DNA from: Histomonas meleagridis 2922-C6/04-290x
Taxonomy: Eukaryota; Protista; Parabasalia
Direction of reading: 5' to 3'
Length of the DNA: 64,000 bases
Assembly: GCA_020184695.1 (NCBI GenBank)
Contig: JAANOX010000061.1
Coordinates: 62,001 to 126,000 of the forward strand
This document shows, piece after piece, positions 10,263 to 21,704 of this stretch. A program made the position numbers and the translations under genes. The notes under the pieces are model-generated. The model searched no databases and was not told the origin of the DNA. It was given only the letters and a program-made list of their open reading frames with translations. Numbering within the stretch: the first letter of the stretch is position 1; every line of letters starts with the position of its first letter.

Positions 10263-13200
10263 TCACCAGCTCACGCTGCTCATTTCTGTTGCGTAAAACT
10301 TCGCCAAAGCGTTTAGCTTTGATAATTCGTCCGGTTGAATTGTTGGCTGCATTGCCAAAGTATTTAATGCGTTAAATGCATCTTGTGTCATCTTATATCC
10401 CAATTCTTTTAGTGCGCTACAAAATGCTATAAAAATCCTTGGGTTTGAATTCTTCACTAACTCCATATTAATTAACTTTTCCAATTTATCGGACTTAATG
10501 ATTTCAAGGTAATTTTGATCGTTAGCGAACTTTAACAAAAAGTCGCCAACCGCCAATTTACCGTGCATGTCACTTTTCTCGATAAACTTTGGAATTAAGT
10601 CAAAAATCCGTTTAGAGCAATGTGAAGTGATTTCGATTAAAGGAAATCGCGAAATTACTCTAAAAGCTAAACCACTGTAAGTGCAATTTGCTTCAGCCAA
10701 ATATAAAATGTATGGATAAGCATTAAAAATTACATCATCTTTAAGTTTTATATTTCTTATAGTTGTTAAATTATATAAAATTCCTAACAAAAGTGTTATT
10801 TCTAATTCGGTATAATCGGAATCTTTTAATATGTTAATAATTTCTTGTTTAATTTCGTTTTGTTTTATGAATTTCGGATTAAGAGATATAACACCAATTA
10901 CTCGTAATGATGTTTCGATATATTTTCGTTTCTTTAAACATGTACAAATTCGATTCATTAACCATTTTAACTCAATGACTTTATCAGAATAAAAAGAGCC
11001 AATTAATATGAATAAACTTAATATTAATGGATTACGTATGTTCTCTGTTAGATATTTCTCATTATTTAATACATTTTGTGACCCTTCAGGTGACATACAA
11101 ATTTTATATAAAAACATTGCAACTAATTCTGTGTTTTGAACTGTGACAATGTTATTAACAAACTCGGGATATTTCGATAATTCTTCTATTATTTTATTCG
11201 GTAATGCATTAGCTATTAATAAAGCGCATTCTTTACATTTCGGATTTTTTGTGGGCGCCGATAGCGTTTTCAATATTTCAATGATATCGTTATTCGAAAA
11301 CCGTTTAGTGAACGTTTCGATTTTCAATAGTTTATCAATAAGTTCGATAGAGCCCATAGCGATAGCGAATTTTGTAGTAATTTTAGAAGATAATTCTTCA
11401 TTTAAGCCTTCGTTAGCGAAATAACGTGATAATAAAAAAGCTCTACTTTCTTGTTTCTTATCACTTTCGGAAAGTATTTCAGACAAAAATGGCTTTAAAA
11501 TATTTGATACATTTCCATGAATTCTCTTTAAAAGTTTTGCAGCTAAACAATACTTTTGTAATTGTAACAATTGTTGAAGTATTAAAATTGCGTTTTCTTC
11601 ATCAATCGAATCACTACAATGTTTAATTAATTTAGTTGCGCATTCAATTTTAGTTTTATCTTTCGATTGTAACATATTAATTACTGAATTAGCACCATTC
11701 GAATGTAAAAACGAAACAACAGAAGCTGAAGAATCAATGATCTTAAGTAATAACTCTGTTAACAGTTCAATGTTTTGTGTTGTGTTTAATTCGGGAACAG
11801 CGAATTCGATGAAACCATTTTCTTTAATTGTATATAATGATTCTTTTGAGTTTAATATGTTTCCGATGTATTTATTTGTTTCTTCTGATGGCGGCTGTTT
11901 AATTAATCGAATCAACTTCTCGAATTCCGTTTCTTGTATATTTGTTGTCGTTTCATTATTTCTATTCTTTGAGTTTTGCGATATTTTATTTTGGTAAAAT
12001 GTTTTAACACTTTTCTCATTAGCGCCTTTAAAACAGATGTTTTCCCGTTCCATTCGTCGTAATATTTGATTAAATGATGGCCTTTTATCAGCTTCTTGTG
12101 TCCAGCAATCTTTAATAAGTCTTTCTAAAGGTTTCGGAGTTCCTTTCGGAATAACAGGTCGAACGCCATTAACTATAGCTATAGCTATACCCATTTGATC
12201 CTTTTCTTTATTATCATATGGGGTTTCACGCTTTAACATTTCCCATAACATTAATCCGTAAGAAAAAACGTCCGCCTTTAAGTTGTATTGGCTTTTCCGT
12301 ATGACTTCAGGTGCCATATAATTAAATGTGCCAATTAAACCTGTCATAGGGATATCCGATTCAGTGATTTTACGCGATATTCCAAAATCGCATATTTTGG
12401 GCTCGCAATTGGAATCAAGTAAAACATTTAACGTCTTAAGATCACGATGAATAATTCGCTTCGAATGTAAAAAGGCCATCCCTTGCGCTACTTCATATGC
12501 AATGACTGTGTTTTGCATAGGAGTAAGTCCTTTTCGATCTCGAAGTCGATGATATAATGATTTGCCAGTCATAAATTCGGTTAATATCCAATGTGGAGCT
12601 ACATTTGTCGCTCCAATGAAACGTACTAAATATGGATGATGAAGTGTCGACAAAATCACTATTTCACGTGTGAAAGATTCAATTTCAACATCATTAAGAT
12701 TAGTGGAATTAAGTTGCTTAATTGCAACTTTTTGGCCGTCTTTTAAGCTGGTGGCTAAAAATACTTGGCCACTCGCTCCAAAACCAATTTGTTTTTCAAT
12801 CTTATAATCTTCATGTTTCACAATATATTCTTGGATGCCATCAAAAATATCGGCGGGCAAGATGCTGGCTTGGCTGTCGGGTATGGGAATGTTTCGAAGA
12901 TTCATAAATTCGGTAACTGAATTAAGTCGTTCTTGAACTTTGGGATTGTCTTTGGCTCCTTTGGCAAAAACATTGTAAATTACTATAAAGTCTTTGGCTA
13001 TCTTGTCATCAGAAGGAATATATGGTTTGACTTTGATATCTAATTGATTAAATAATGAGGATATGGCTGTCATGATGGAGATAAGATCATTCATCGGTTT
13101 TTGGGTAGACCAATCAAGTGCAATTTGGATCCAAAAACCTTCTGAAATCATTTGAAGTGTATCACAGAGATCAGATAGTTTGGAATTTATTTGGTTGAAT

Positions 13201-13391
13201 TTACTATGCTGTTCGATGGTAAGAGTAGCAGCTTTTGCATAATTTGATTTGCGGAGAGTTCTGGCATATGAAGAAATTAATTTTCGGATAAGAACAACTT
13301 CCTCTTGATAAACAACAACATTTTCAACCGCCGATATAACTTTGTTGATTGATTCTATTACTCCGTTGATAACTTCGATTGGATCTTCCAT
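10263..13391 (-). CDS. TKL-family protein kinase with helical N-terminal domain and ARM-like C-terminus
   Basis: GFGASG, VAIK, HRDLKTLNVLL, DFG, GTFNYMAPE and DVFSYG motifs. Confidence 0.93.
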   Translation of the reverse strand: MEDPIEVINGVIESINKVISAVENVVVYQEEVVLIRKLISSYARTLRKSNYAKAATLTIEQHSKFNQINSKLSDLCDTLQMISEGFWIQIALDWSTQKPMNDLISIMTAISSLFNQLDIKVKPYIPSDDKIAKDFIVIYNVFAKGAKDNPKVQERLNSVTEFMNLRNIPIPDSQASILPADIFDGIQEYIVKHEDYKIEKQIGFGASGQVFLATSLKDGQKVAIKQLNSTNLNDVEIESFTREIVILSTLHHPYLVRFIGATNVAPHWILTEFMTGKSLYHRLRDRKGLTPMQNTVIAYEVAQGMAFLHSKRIIHRDLKTLNVLLDSNCEPKICDFGISRKITESDIPMTGLIGTFNYMAPEVIRKSQYNLKADVFSYGLMLWEMLKRETPYDNKEKDQMGIAIAIVNGVRPVIPKGTPKPLERLIKDCWTQEADKRPSFNQILRRMERENICFKGANEKSVKTFYQNKISQNSKNRNNETTTNIQETEFEKLIRLIKQPPSEETNKYIGNILNSKESLYTIKENGFIEFAVPELNTTQNIELLTELLLKIIDSSASVVSFLHSNGANSVINMLQSKDKTKIECATKLIKHCSDSIDEENAILILQQLLQLQKYCLAAKLLKRIHGNVSNILKPFLSEILSESDKKQESRAFLLSRYFANEGLNEELSSKITTKFAIAMGSIELIDKLLKIETFTKRFSNNDIIEILKTLSAPTKNPKCKECALLIANALPNKIIEELSKYPEFVNNIVTVQNTELVAMFLYKICMSPEGSQNVLNNEKYLTENIRNPLILSLFILIGSFYSDKVIELKWLMNRICTCLKKRKYIETSLRVIGVISLNPKFIKQNEIKQEIINILKDSDYTELEITLLLGILYNLTTIRNIKLKDDVIFNAYPYILYLAEANCTYSGLAFRVISRFPLIEITSHCSKRIFDLIPKFIEKSDMHGKLAVGDFLLKFANDQNYLEIIKSDKLEKLINMELVKNSNPRIFIAFCSALKELGYKMTQDAFNALNTLAMQPTIQPDELSKLNALAKFYATEMSSVSW

Positions 13392-14155
13392 AAATTTTTT
13401 TTTGGTATAAAACCGTCACAGAATTATAATATGTAAAACATTCAATTCTTGTATCGAACTTAACAAGAATAATTGGAAAAGCTTTAAAGCTTAAATTTTC
13501 AAAAAAGTCAATAAGCTTTTAAATGTTTCGAGTATAAATCTAATTTTTTAAAAAATTTCAATCATTTTTCGAACAAGAAATTAAAATAATTAAATATTCA
13601 TAATAATGATCATGGATAAGATACCTATGTTTTAAAATGCTTTTTAACGATTTTGTTCCATTTATTGATGCTATTTCATGCTAAACTTCAAATCTTATCA
13701 CTAACTATATATTTTGCAAAATTTGAAATCTATAAAACAGTGTGATCATATTTATCCAGATGCTGATGAATGGATTCTTGAAATAAAGGAAAGTTGGAAT
13801 GATAAGTGATCTTCATAATTATTTATGCAATTATAAATCATGAAAAGTTTTATGTTTTTTTTAACAGTTTAAGAAAAATAAATTATAAATATATTTATGC
13901 ATTGCAAGGGATGTCCAGTATTGAAACAAAACTTAAAAATATCATCCATTTTGCAAATGGTACTGTTTAGATTATTTTTTTATAAGATAATCAGACATAC
14001 TAAATTCAACATTTTTAAGATAACAATAAAGTATATATTGCACAATAGATAATTTTTTTTCAACATTGGGAAAAACCATATTTTTTTATTGATAAATTCG
14101 GAAACATTGGTAAATAACGTACAAATATAAACGGCTACAAAATATCAACTTTAAA

Positions 14156-14446
14156 ATGTCTGAAAACCCAAATCCAAAAATAAATCAGAAACAAAAATCG
14201 TTTTCAGATGAAATGACAGAAAGTGGAGCTCTTGATATGATAGCTGACGCAATTATTTCTATATATACTAATCCAAAGCAAAAATCAGAAGCTTATGCTA
14301 GTTTCTTAAATACTATTGGTGTGACAGAGCAAGAAGATATTGAGAAGTTACTACAAGAAAATCAAGATAGAAGAAAAAGAATTGAAGAATTAAAATTGCA
14401 AATTGAAGAGCTAGAAGAAAGGATTAAAAAGCAAGGATATACCTAG
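14156..14446 (+). CDS. MYCBP/AMY-1-like small coiled-coil protein
   Basis: SGALDMIADAIISIYTNP resembles the SGVLDTLTKVLVALYEEP pattern of c-Myc-binding protein and is followed by a coiled coil. Recognised from memory. Confidence 0.6.
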   Translation: MSENPNPKINQKQKSFSDEMTESGALDMIADAIISIYTNPKQKSEAYASFLNTIGVTEQEDIEKLLQENQDRRKRIEELKLQIEELEERIKKQGYT

Positions 14447-15508
14447 CACAATGAATTCCCTTATGTACATAATGTAAAGCACGTTTTACTTGATTTTTGT
14501 TTTAATTTATGAATAGTTTTTATGTTTCTCCTATCATATTTTAATCAATGCAATGTCAACAGTACTTCAATTATCCTATATCAAAACATGATAAAAGTTA
14601 TTTTGATTCCGAGATGTATCTCTCTACAGATTCTGTACCGATATAAGCGGTTGAGGATTTCAATTGTTACAAGAGGAACACACTTTATTTATTCGTGTTT
14701 CTTCATGAACAATCAAAATGGGACATATATATAACAATGAAAATTCTTCAGTTGATTTATCAGTGATGTTTATTTTAAATATGGAATTTTTTTCAATCAT
14801 TACTTTTGCTATTTGAAATATTGAACAATGATGATTCAAATTCCATTTTGGTAATTATATTCTGTTTTGCTTGTTTTTTAATATCCAAGTAATCAATTAA
14901 TTTAATTTTAATTTATATTAATATTTAAATATTTTAACATTTTTGTATGAATGTGAAATTTTAGAAATTAAATTCAATTTCAAGTTATAAAATTTCACAA
15001 AAAATCATAAAAAAAAACTCATTATTTGTTTACATGAATCATAAAAACAAATTATCTTCAATATATGTACTCAAATGGCACTGAAGTTTCTAGTAGTTGA
15101 TGAGATGCATTAGAAAAAAAACTGTGTTTTCTATATCAATGGATATTTGAATAGCTCCAAATTACACTTTTTCAATACAAGACGATCAAAACCTACACAT
15201 CGTTCAGGGTAAATTTAATGGTTTACTCGGTTACATTCATGGCGCCGATTAACGTAATTTCAGTAGTGTGATAGACCATCAATTAATGTGATAGCAAAGA
15301 TTTTACGCTTAACAAATTTGTGAAAATTTGAAAATTTCACTCGAAATCTTTGGTCCTTAGTTAACGTTCATATCATTTTAAATTTTTTGCTTAGGTGTAA
15401 ACTATCTTAAAAACGAAAATTATTGATTAAGACAGAAAAAGTTAATTATTCAGGTTTTTAAACTTGAATAATGAAAAAATCAAACTTAAAAAAAATCAAA
15501 ATATTTAT

Positions 15509-16325
15509 TTAATTAAATTCTAAAATTGGTGTTTGTGTATATAAAATGAATGGTGGAAGTGGGCTCAATAATCTTCCCTTGGCCAGGGATGATGTCTTCC
15601 ACATTTCATAATGAACCAAAATATTTCCGAAATCTGTGTTAAATTCTTGAAGAGGGAGATTTGACTTTGTAGCAAAATAACAATTAATCATATCGTATCC
15701 TTGATCAGAAGTCAATAAAAGTCCTGATATATTCAAACGATTGTATTGTTCGTTTTGAACATTTTGACCAGATTTTTTTCATGCATTTCTGCAATTTGTA
15801 TATGTAAAGGTTTGATATATCGCGGTCAAAAAGCAATTAATATGCCAAATCTGTATTCGTGCTGCTTCAGTTATATTCTGAATATTCATGACCTGTTGCT
15901 TTGTTAAAATCATGTGTTCTCTAAAGTGAATTTTGTAAAGGTGCATCAATGCCTACATCAAAAGGCTGCATAAGAGAGGAAAAACACCGAAAATCCATGA
16001 TTGAATAATTTGAGGATCTGCGGATGGCAATCTTTCAAGTGCTAAATCACGACAATTTACTCCTTCATATCCAAATCTATGTGTCCATCCATTAGCCCAT
16101 GATTTTGTAGGTGTTTTGAGAGTGAGCATTAACTTCCCCAATATTATTTGCAATTCCAGGATGCAAATCTAAAAGTTTTATTACAATTTCCATTCTATTA
16201 TATTTAAGCATATAAGCATAATACAAAACTTCAATCGTCCACACTGAATTTAATTGTTCATATGCCCAATCTGCGAGCAGTCTTTCATCTTCATCGCAAA
16301 GATATGAATTCTTTCCACTAGGCAT
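15509..16325 (-). pseudogene. Degenerate pogo/Tigger-like (DDE_1) transposase remnant
   Basis: Fragments in different frames: CENP-B-HTH-like DEDERLLADW, ANGWTHRF, and MQPFDVGIDAPLQ (~15930-15971), which resembles the QPLDVGxFxPLK motif. Contains stops and frameshifts. No TIRs identified. Confidence 0.6.
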
Positions 16326-16622
16326 GCCGCGAAACCAATTGTATCCGAGACCTCTGTTTTTGGGTTAATCCAATGCTTGCAAGCATAATTTTGATTAAAA
16401 TTTACATTTAAACATTTTTATTCAAATAATTTTATGTTTTTTTATCCATTTGAATGTAACATAAAATGATCATATATTCAAATATAATATGATAATTTTA
16501 CATTCAAAATTGGTAAAATTTTGCCTTGACACACACAAAAGTTGATCCGCTATCACACTGCAATGCGCATTGGCGTTATATACGATCATTTTGTTTTCAA
16601 TTTTATTCCATTCCACCCGACC

Positions 16623-17918
16623 ATGGAACTGACTCCTTCTCTAGCTAGGAATATTTTTTGGTCGTTTGCTATTTTTTCTTTAACAATTAAGCTCATAAAA
16701 TGGATGAGAGTTAAACAAAATACGTCCAAAAAATTTAATTTACTTCAAATTAGATTCTTTGTAACTTTTATTTGTTTTAACTTTCCTATTTTCTTAGTTG
16801 GCCCATTCTGCGGCCTCCTTTACACAAGTCATGGAGTACCAAGAGAACAGGCAGCTCAAATTAGAATTGTTTTCACTATTTCAAATGCAATTTTCAGTAT
16901 ATTTACTGGAGCATTTATAAGTAAAATTGGACATCAAAAGTCTCTTGCACTTGCATCTATAGTATCCTCATTAGGAAACTTATTCAGATATCTTGGTGGT
17001 ATAACCAACTATTATTTAGCTTCTGTTTTCACTGGAATAGGAGCTGCTTTGAACAAAGTTGTTTTTAATGACTTCTTTTTGTTGGAAGAGCCATCAACTA
17101 ATCAACCAAATTCAAATGTTATCTTTAGTGAGAACAAATCTTTCTTCAGTTTTCTTATCTCCATTTTAGTTTCACCAGCTGGCGATTATATTAATGAAAA
17201 TCATGGAACCGAATCTCTATTTTTAATTGCATGCGTAATATTTGTCTTTGTTTTGATTCCAATTTATATCTGTTTCTACACTACAGCTCAACAAACCAAG
17301 AAAGATTCCAATACCTCTTTTACAAAAGTTTTGTTCTCGATTGTTAAGCCAAAAGACATAAGACTTCCATTAACGGTCTTCATGGTAACGGTCTACGAAG
17401 TTCTTCCAATAATATTACATGGCTCTTTTGTAGCTTTCTTCGCAGGAAAGAAACTACCAAATGGTGCCATTTCTGGAATATTCAATATTTCCAAATTAAT
17501 TGGAATTTTTGTTTTGCCAATTATCAGCAAATTTATACCAACAAAATACATTGTTTCTTTATATTGTGCTCTTCTTGTGTTAATTGATTATTTGATGGCT
17601 ATTTGGTTTAATGATAAAGTTACATTGTTGGTTTTAGTGATAGTTTCAGGAGCAATAGATGGCGGAATAACATCTCTTCTCCTGAACTACCAAAAACAAT
17701 ATTATGAACCTGAAATTAGAGCTGCGATTATGGGCACAACTCAACTTACTACATCTGTTTTGGCATCATTTTTCTTAATGATCATGAGAAAGTATAACTC
17801 GCAACAACAACTTGTGAAATTCGATATGTGGATAACAGTGGCTTTGCTTATTGCTTCTTTGCTCTTTAACTTTGTAGGCAAAGAAGAAAAGGCAAAAGAA
17901 AAAGTTAAAAAAGAATAA
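16623..17918 (+). CDS. MFS transporter (MFSD5/MOT2-like)
   Basis: About 12 hydrophobic segments and N-terminal LVGPFCGLLYTSHG. First ATG is at 16623; the ORF track starts at a TTG at 16542. Confidence 0.75.
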   Translation: MELTPSLARNIFWSFAIFSLTIKLIKWMRVKQNTSKKFNLLQIRFFVTFICFNFPIFLVGPFCGLLYTSHGVPREQAAQIRIVFTISNAIFSIFTGAFISKIGHQKSLALASIVSSLGNLFRYLGGITNYYLASVFTGIGAALNKVVFNDFFLLEEPSTNQPNSNVIFSENKSFFSFLISILVSPAGDYINENHGTESLFLIACVIFVFVLIPIYICFYTTAQQTKKDSNTSFTKVLFSIVKPKDIRLPLTVFMVTVYEVLPIILHGSFVAFFAGKKLPNGAISGIFNISKLIGIFVLPIISKFIPTKYIVSLYCALLVLIDYLMAIWFNDKVTLLVLVIVSGAIDGGITSLLLNYQKQYYEPEIRAAIMGTTQLTTSVLASFFLMIMRKYNSQQQLVKFDMWITVALLIASLLFNFVGKEEKAKEKVKKE

Positions 17919-18498
17919 ATTTATGTAAACCAAAATTTGAGATTGTTCCCATCCTTTTACTTGCTTCATAAAATAAAATATACACCTTTTAATTAGTTTA
18001 CTTTTTACAGCATTGAAATACTCCCAAAATTTCAAAGATCAGCTTTTTGTATATATACCGATCATGAAACAATTTACGTAAATTTTTCTTTAAAATGCAA
18101 ATATCTTATCACAAAATCAACCTAACTACTTTTATTTTGTTTAACATCTCTAAGTTAAAAAATAAAAAATAATTATAAATTATCAAAAGATACATAAGTA
18201 AAAAATGATACCCTGATTTAATGTAAACATAAAATTTTTAAAAGTTTTTAAATTTTTTTAAGCATGAATACAAAAACGTTGCATTTAATCAAGTATAAGT
18301 AAATAAATTTTAAGAATTCATTAGATTAGATAATGAGATTTTTGCAATACAGTGCCCCAAGGTACCCCAAAGGAGACAACTTTTGAATATTTATTCTTGC
18401 TTGTTCCTTATGCAAAAAGTGAAATAACCAAAATTTCTGATTAAATTGAATCCATTTAAAAGCACACACAAAATCCATTTGAATAGCAAAAGGAAATA

Positions 18499-19536
18499 AT
18501 GAATTCCGACCAAATAATCACCTTGGATTCACTGACTGATGCAATTTCTTATGTATTTCGGCAAGAACAAACATCAATGTTGAGTCTTGACAGAATCTGC
18601 GAAGTTCTCCAGCAACCAAATTTATATCTAAATTCAAAAACATTAGGTTCAGTTCAATGTTCAACAATATCCAGAAGGCGAATTTCAAGCGTTTTATCTA
18701 GTTCTGATTTTTTTGTAAGGGCAGGACCACCAAGAACATGTTTTTGGGCAATCCGTCCACATAATCCTTTATTTTTAAGCAATGGATCAATTTCAGCCTC
18801 AATAGAACAAATGCTTACCACTAACGGACCTATGACACTTGAACAATTTGTTGAATTTACAGAATTAAATGGCGCTGATATTAAATTATTCGAAAAATTT
18901 CTTGACGAACACAAGAAAGAATTTAGTCTTCTTGACAATGGAACTTATTGGTTCACAGGACAAACGCCACCAGTTCCCAAAAACTATGATAATATATCAT
19001 CTGCTTTAGTAGATGCCTTTTCTAGCTTTCCACTTGGTGCCTCCGTTGAAGAACTTCATTGGTATCTTTGTCTTTCTACCGTTGGTGGCACCAAAAAGAT
19101 TTCACGCCGAAATGTGTCACGCGAATTATCTCGTCGAACTGATCTCTTTGAACACCTTTCACGTGCTCGTTATACGCTTGCTTCCCAACATATCAATCGA
19201 CAGCGACCTCATTCGCTTCCTACCGGCTTCAAAGTCCCGAATTCATTCCAAGATCCGTCCGCATTCGAAGTTCCAATCCTCGTTCAAAACAAGTTGCCGC
19301 CCAACCAATGCCCTCTAATCGAGCACCCCTACACATACCTCGGCCCGTTCCAGTTGCAGCAGACGCCGCAGAGGCAGAGAGTCGATCCGTTCCCAATACC
19401 GAACATTAGACAGCCATCGGTGTTCCCGATCCCTGAGAACGTGTTTCAGCCACAGGAAATACCACCAGAAGATGACGAATTTGACCCAGTAAGCTTCTTC
19501 GAGAACACAAGAGGATTCGAATTCACATTCGATTAG
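18499..19536 (+). CDS. Hypothetical protein with possible tandem winged-helix-like domains and a Pro/Gln-rich tail
   Basis: Intact 345-aa ORF with two similar segments (ISRRRISSVLS..DFF / ISRRNVSRELSRRTDLF). Confidence 0.55.
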   Translation: MNSDQIITLDSLTDAISYVFRQEQTSMLSLDRICEVLQQPNLYLNSKTLGSVQCSTISRRRISSVLSSSDFFVRAGPPRTCFWAIRPHNPLFLSNGSISASIEQMLTTNGPMTLEQFVEFTELNGADIKLFEKFLDEHKKEFSLLDNGTYWFTGQTPPVPKNYDNISSALVDAFSSFPLGASVEELHWYLCLSTVGGTKKISRRNVSRELSRRTDLFEHLSRARYTLASQHINRQRPHSLPTGFKVPNSFQDPSAFEVPILVQNKLPPNQCPLIEHPYTYLGPFQLQQTPQRQRVDPFPIPNIRQPSVFPIPENVFQPQEIPPEDDEFDPVSFFENTRGFEFTFD

Positions 19537-20126
19537 ATTGATATGATAAAAATCGAGTTGTGTGTAATTCGGAATTAATGTCGTTTGGTATCGGAATGTG
19601 TGGTGGCGATGTTAAAAAAATGTTTTTTATTGGTTTTGATTTAGGAAATAATTTGATTTAGAACCAAAAAAACGAAAACTTTTAAAATCTTTCGTTTTTT
19701 TAACGTTCGCTGCAAATGGGAAAATTTCCTAACCCAAAACATCGCAGAATTCACTTATATTTTGTTCTCACTAAATGCACTGATAACTATTTTCTTTCAT
19801 TTTTGGATATAATTCAATCTGATTTAAATTTTCATTTGTAAATTATTCTTACAAAATCAAAAAAAATTGGTAAAACAGCTCGCATATCATCACAAGTAAT
19901 TTCAATTTTAGGTGTATCAATTTTGTTGGCTCGATGTTAAAAAATAAATTGAGAATTTGAATTGAAAAAAATAACTAATTGTTAACAATGATGAGCATTT
20001 CATTGTAATTTAGAAAACTAGAGATTAATTTGCTTAAAAAATACACATTTGATAATTTACAATTTGTATACTTTTTAAAAAAAAATATTAACTAAAAAAA
20101 TCGATATTTACAAACAGAAATCATTT

Positions 20127-21407
20127 TCACATCATCTTTATCTCGTATTTTCCGGCCTGTGTTGTGTATCTTAAATATTTCTCTGGTGTATAGCCACTTT
20201 TTTCATAAATCTTTAAATTCTTTAACGTAACACCTGATGCAGAAAACATCGGAATATTAAATGCTGCAGAAATTGGTTCTCTCAACTGTGTTGCTTCTTG
20301 TGCACGTGAAGAAGCACTTAAGTACCTTACGTTAACAGTAATTTCCGCTTGTGCCTTTCCAGGAAATTGTTGAACTCGCCAAACGACAGCATTTTTCTCG
20401 GCGGAATATTTACCTTTTCCATGTGTAGAGCTAACGTCAACTTCGGCAGTGTTCTGTGGAAGCGGTATAGTTAATGAAAGCGGCGATGCGTTCAACTTAA
20501 CATCGTACATGGAGCGAATCGAAATTTTTACTTCGAGCTTATTACCTGGAAGTTCCCGAACAGAACTTAAAACTTTGAACGGATCGCCAACGTTTCGTGT
20601 CTTGCGGTAGCGCATGAGCTCAAATTCGCCATCTGGTGGTGTGAACGAAATTGATCGATCTTTGGAAAAGTTAAGGAGCTTAACGCATTGATGAAAAACT
20701 ACACTATCGATGTCGGAGAATCGATTTGTTGATGAATCGTTGGGCTCTGGAAAAATTTTGTCATTGAATATAATATTGATTTCTGGCATTCCGGAAAGAA
20801 AGCACTTCATGGTAACAGTTCCACTGACTTCAGAGTTTAGGGTTTCACCTTCTTGAGAGATAGTAAGTGAAACTTTTTCGATGACATCAACATATAATTC
20901 GTTAGTTTTGTATACAATGTTGGTGGCACGCCATGGAATAGGAGACGTTGCTAGAAGTGTGGGGTGTTTCTCCGTGGCAGTTATGGCTGTCGATTTTGAA
21001 AGTCTTTGTGTTAAAAATCGAAGAGTTTCGGGATCTGTGTTTTGAATATAACCACAATCAATCATTTCATCAAGGAGCTCTACAATTTCTGGTGTGAATT
21101 TTTTAATTTCATCTGGACCAAAAGTCTTCAAATCAAGAACCTGACAAAATATTTTTGGTAGATTTGCTAAAAAATCAAAAATAGCGCAAGCATTTGCGTT
21201 TTGTTTTGTTATTGCGACATAATACACATCATTTTCTATGTAATGGAGAAATGATGTTTCATCGATTAAAATAGCTGGTTCCAAAATTTCCTGTGATAAA
21301 ACAAAATCTACAATGTAATTACTTATTAAAGTATCACTTATATCATCCCTAAATTTTCTGATGCATAAAATCTCTCCATTCTCTATAATTGCAATAGCAC
21401 TTAACAT
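20127..21407 (-). CDS. Adaptor protein complex mu (medium) subunit
   Basis: NELYVDVIE, CFLSGMPE, FHQCV and ISFTPPDGEFELMRYR motifs. First ATG at 21407. Confidence 0.96.
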   Translation of the reverse strand: MLSAIAIIENGEILCIRKFRDDISDTLISNYIVDFVLSQEILEPAILIDETSFLHYIENDVYYVAITKQNANACAIFDFLANLPKIFCQVLDLKTFGPDEIKKFTPEIVELLDEMIDCGYIQNTDPETLRFLTQRLSKSTAITATEKHPTLLATSPIPWRATNIVYKTNELYVDVIEKVSLTISQEGETLNSEVSGTVTMKCFLSGMPEINIIFNDKIFPEPNDSSTNRFSDIDSVVFHQCVKLLNFSKDRSISFTPPDGEFELMRYRKTRNVGDPFKVLSSVRELPGNKLEVKISIRSMYDVKLNASPLSLTIPLPQNTAEVDVSSTHGKGKYSAEKNAVVWRVQQFPGKAQAEITVNVRYLSASSRAQEATQLREPISAAFNIPMFSASGVTLKNLKIYEKSGYTPEKYLRYTTQAGKYEIKMM

Positions 21408-21704
21408 TGACACAAAAATTTATTCTCAATTATTTTGACATTCATTAATCCATTCATCTTCATACAATTGTTTTCGATCGTGCAATATTCAAATTTTAAT
21501 AAACATCTAAAAAAGTTATTTTGATCAAAAGGAATTGTTTAAAATACAGATCAAATATATGGAGTTCTTATTGCGTAGAAGATGGAACTGACGCCGAATC
21601 AGTGCTTGCATAACCTTTTGTAGAAAACAAAACGCGTTACAAAGTGATTTTAAAAAATGATTCATTGCTCAGCAACAACAAAAATTTCCATTACAGATTT
21701 CTCT

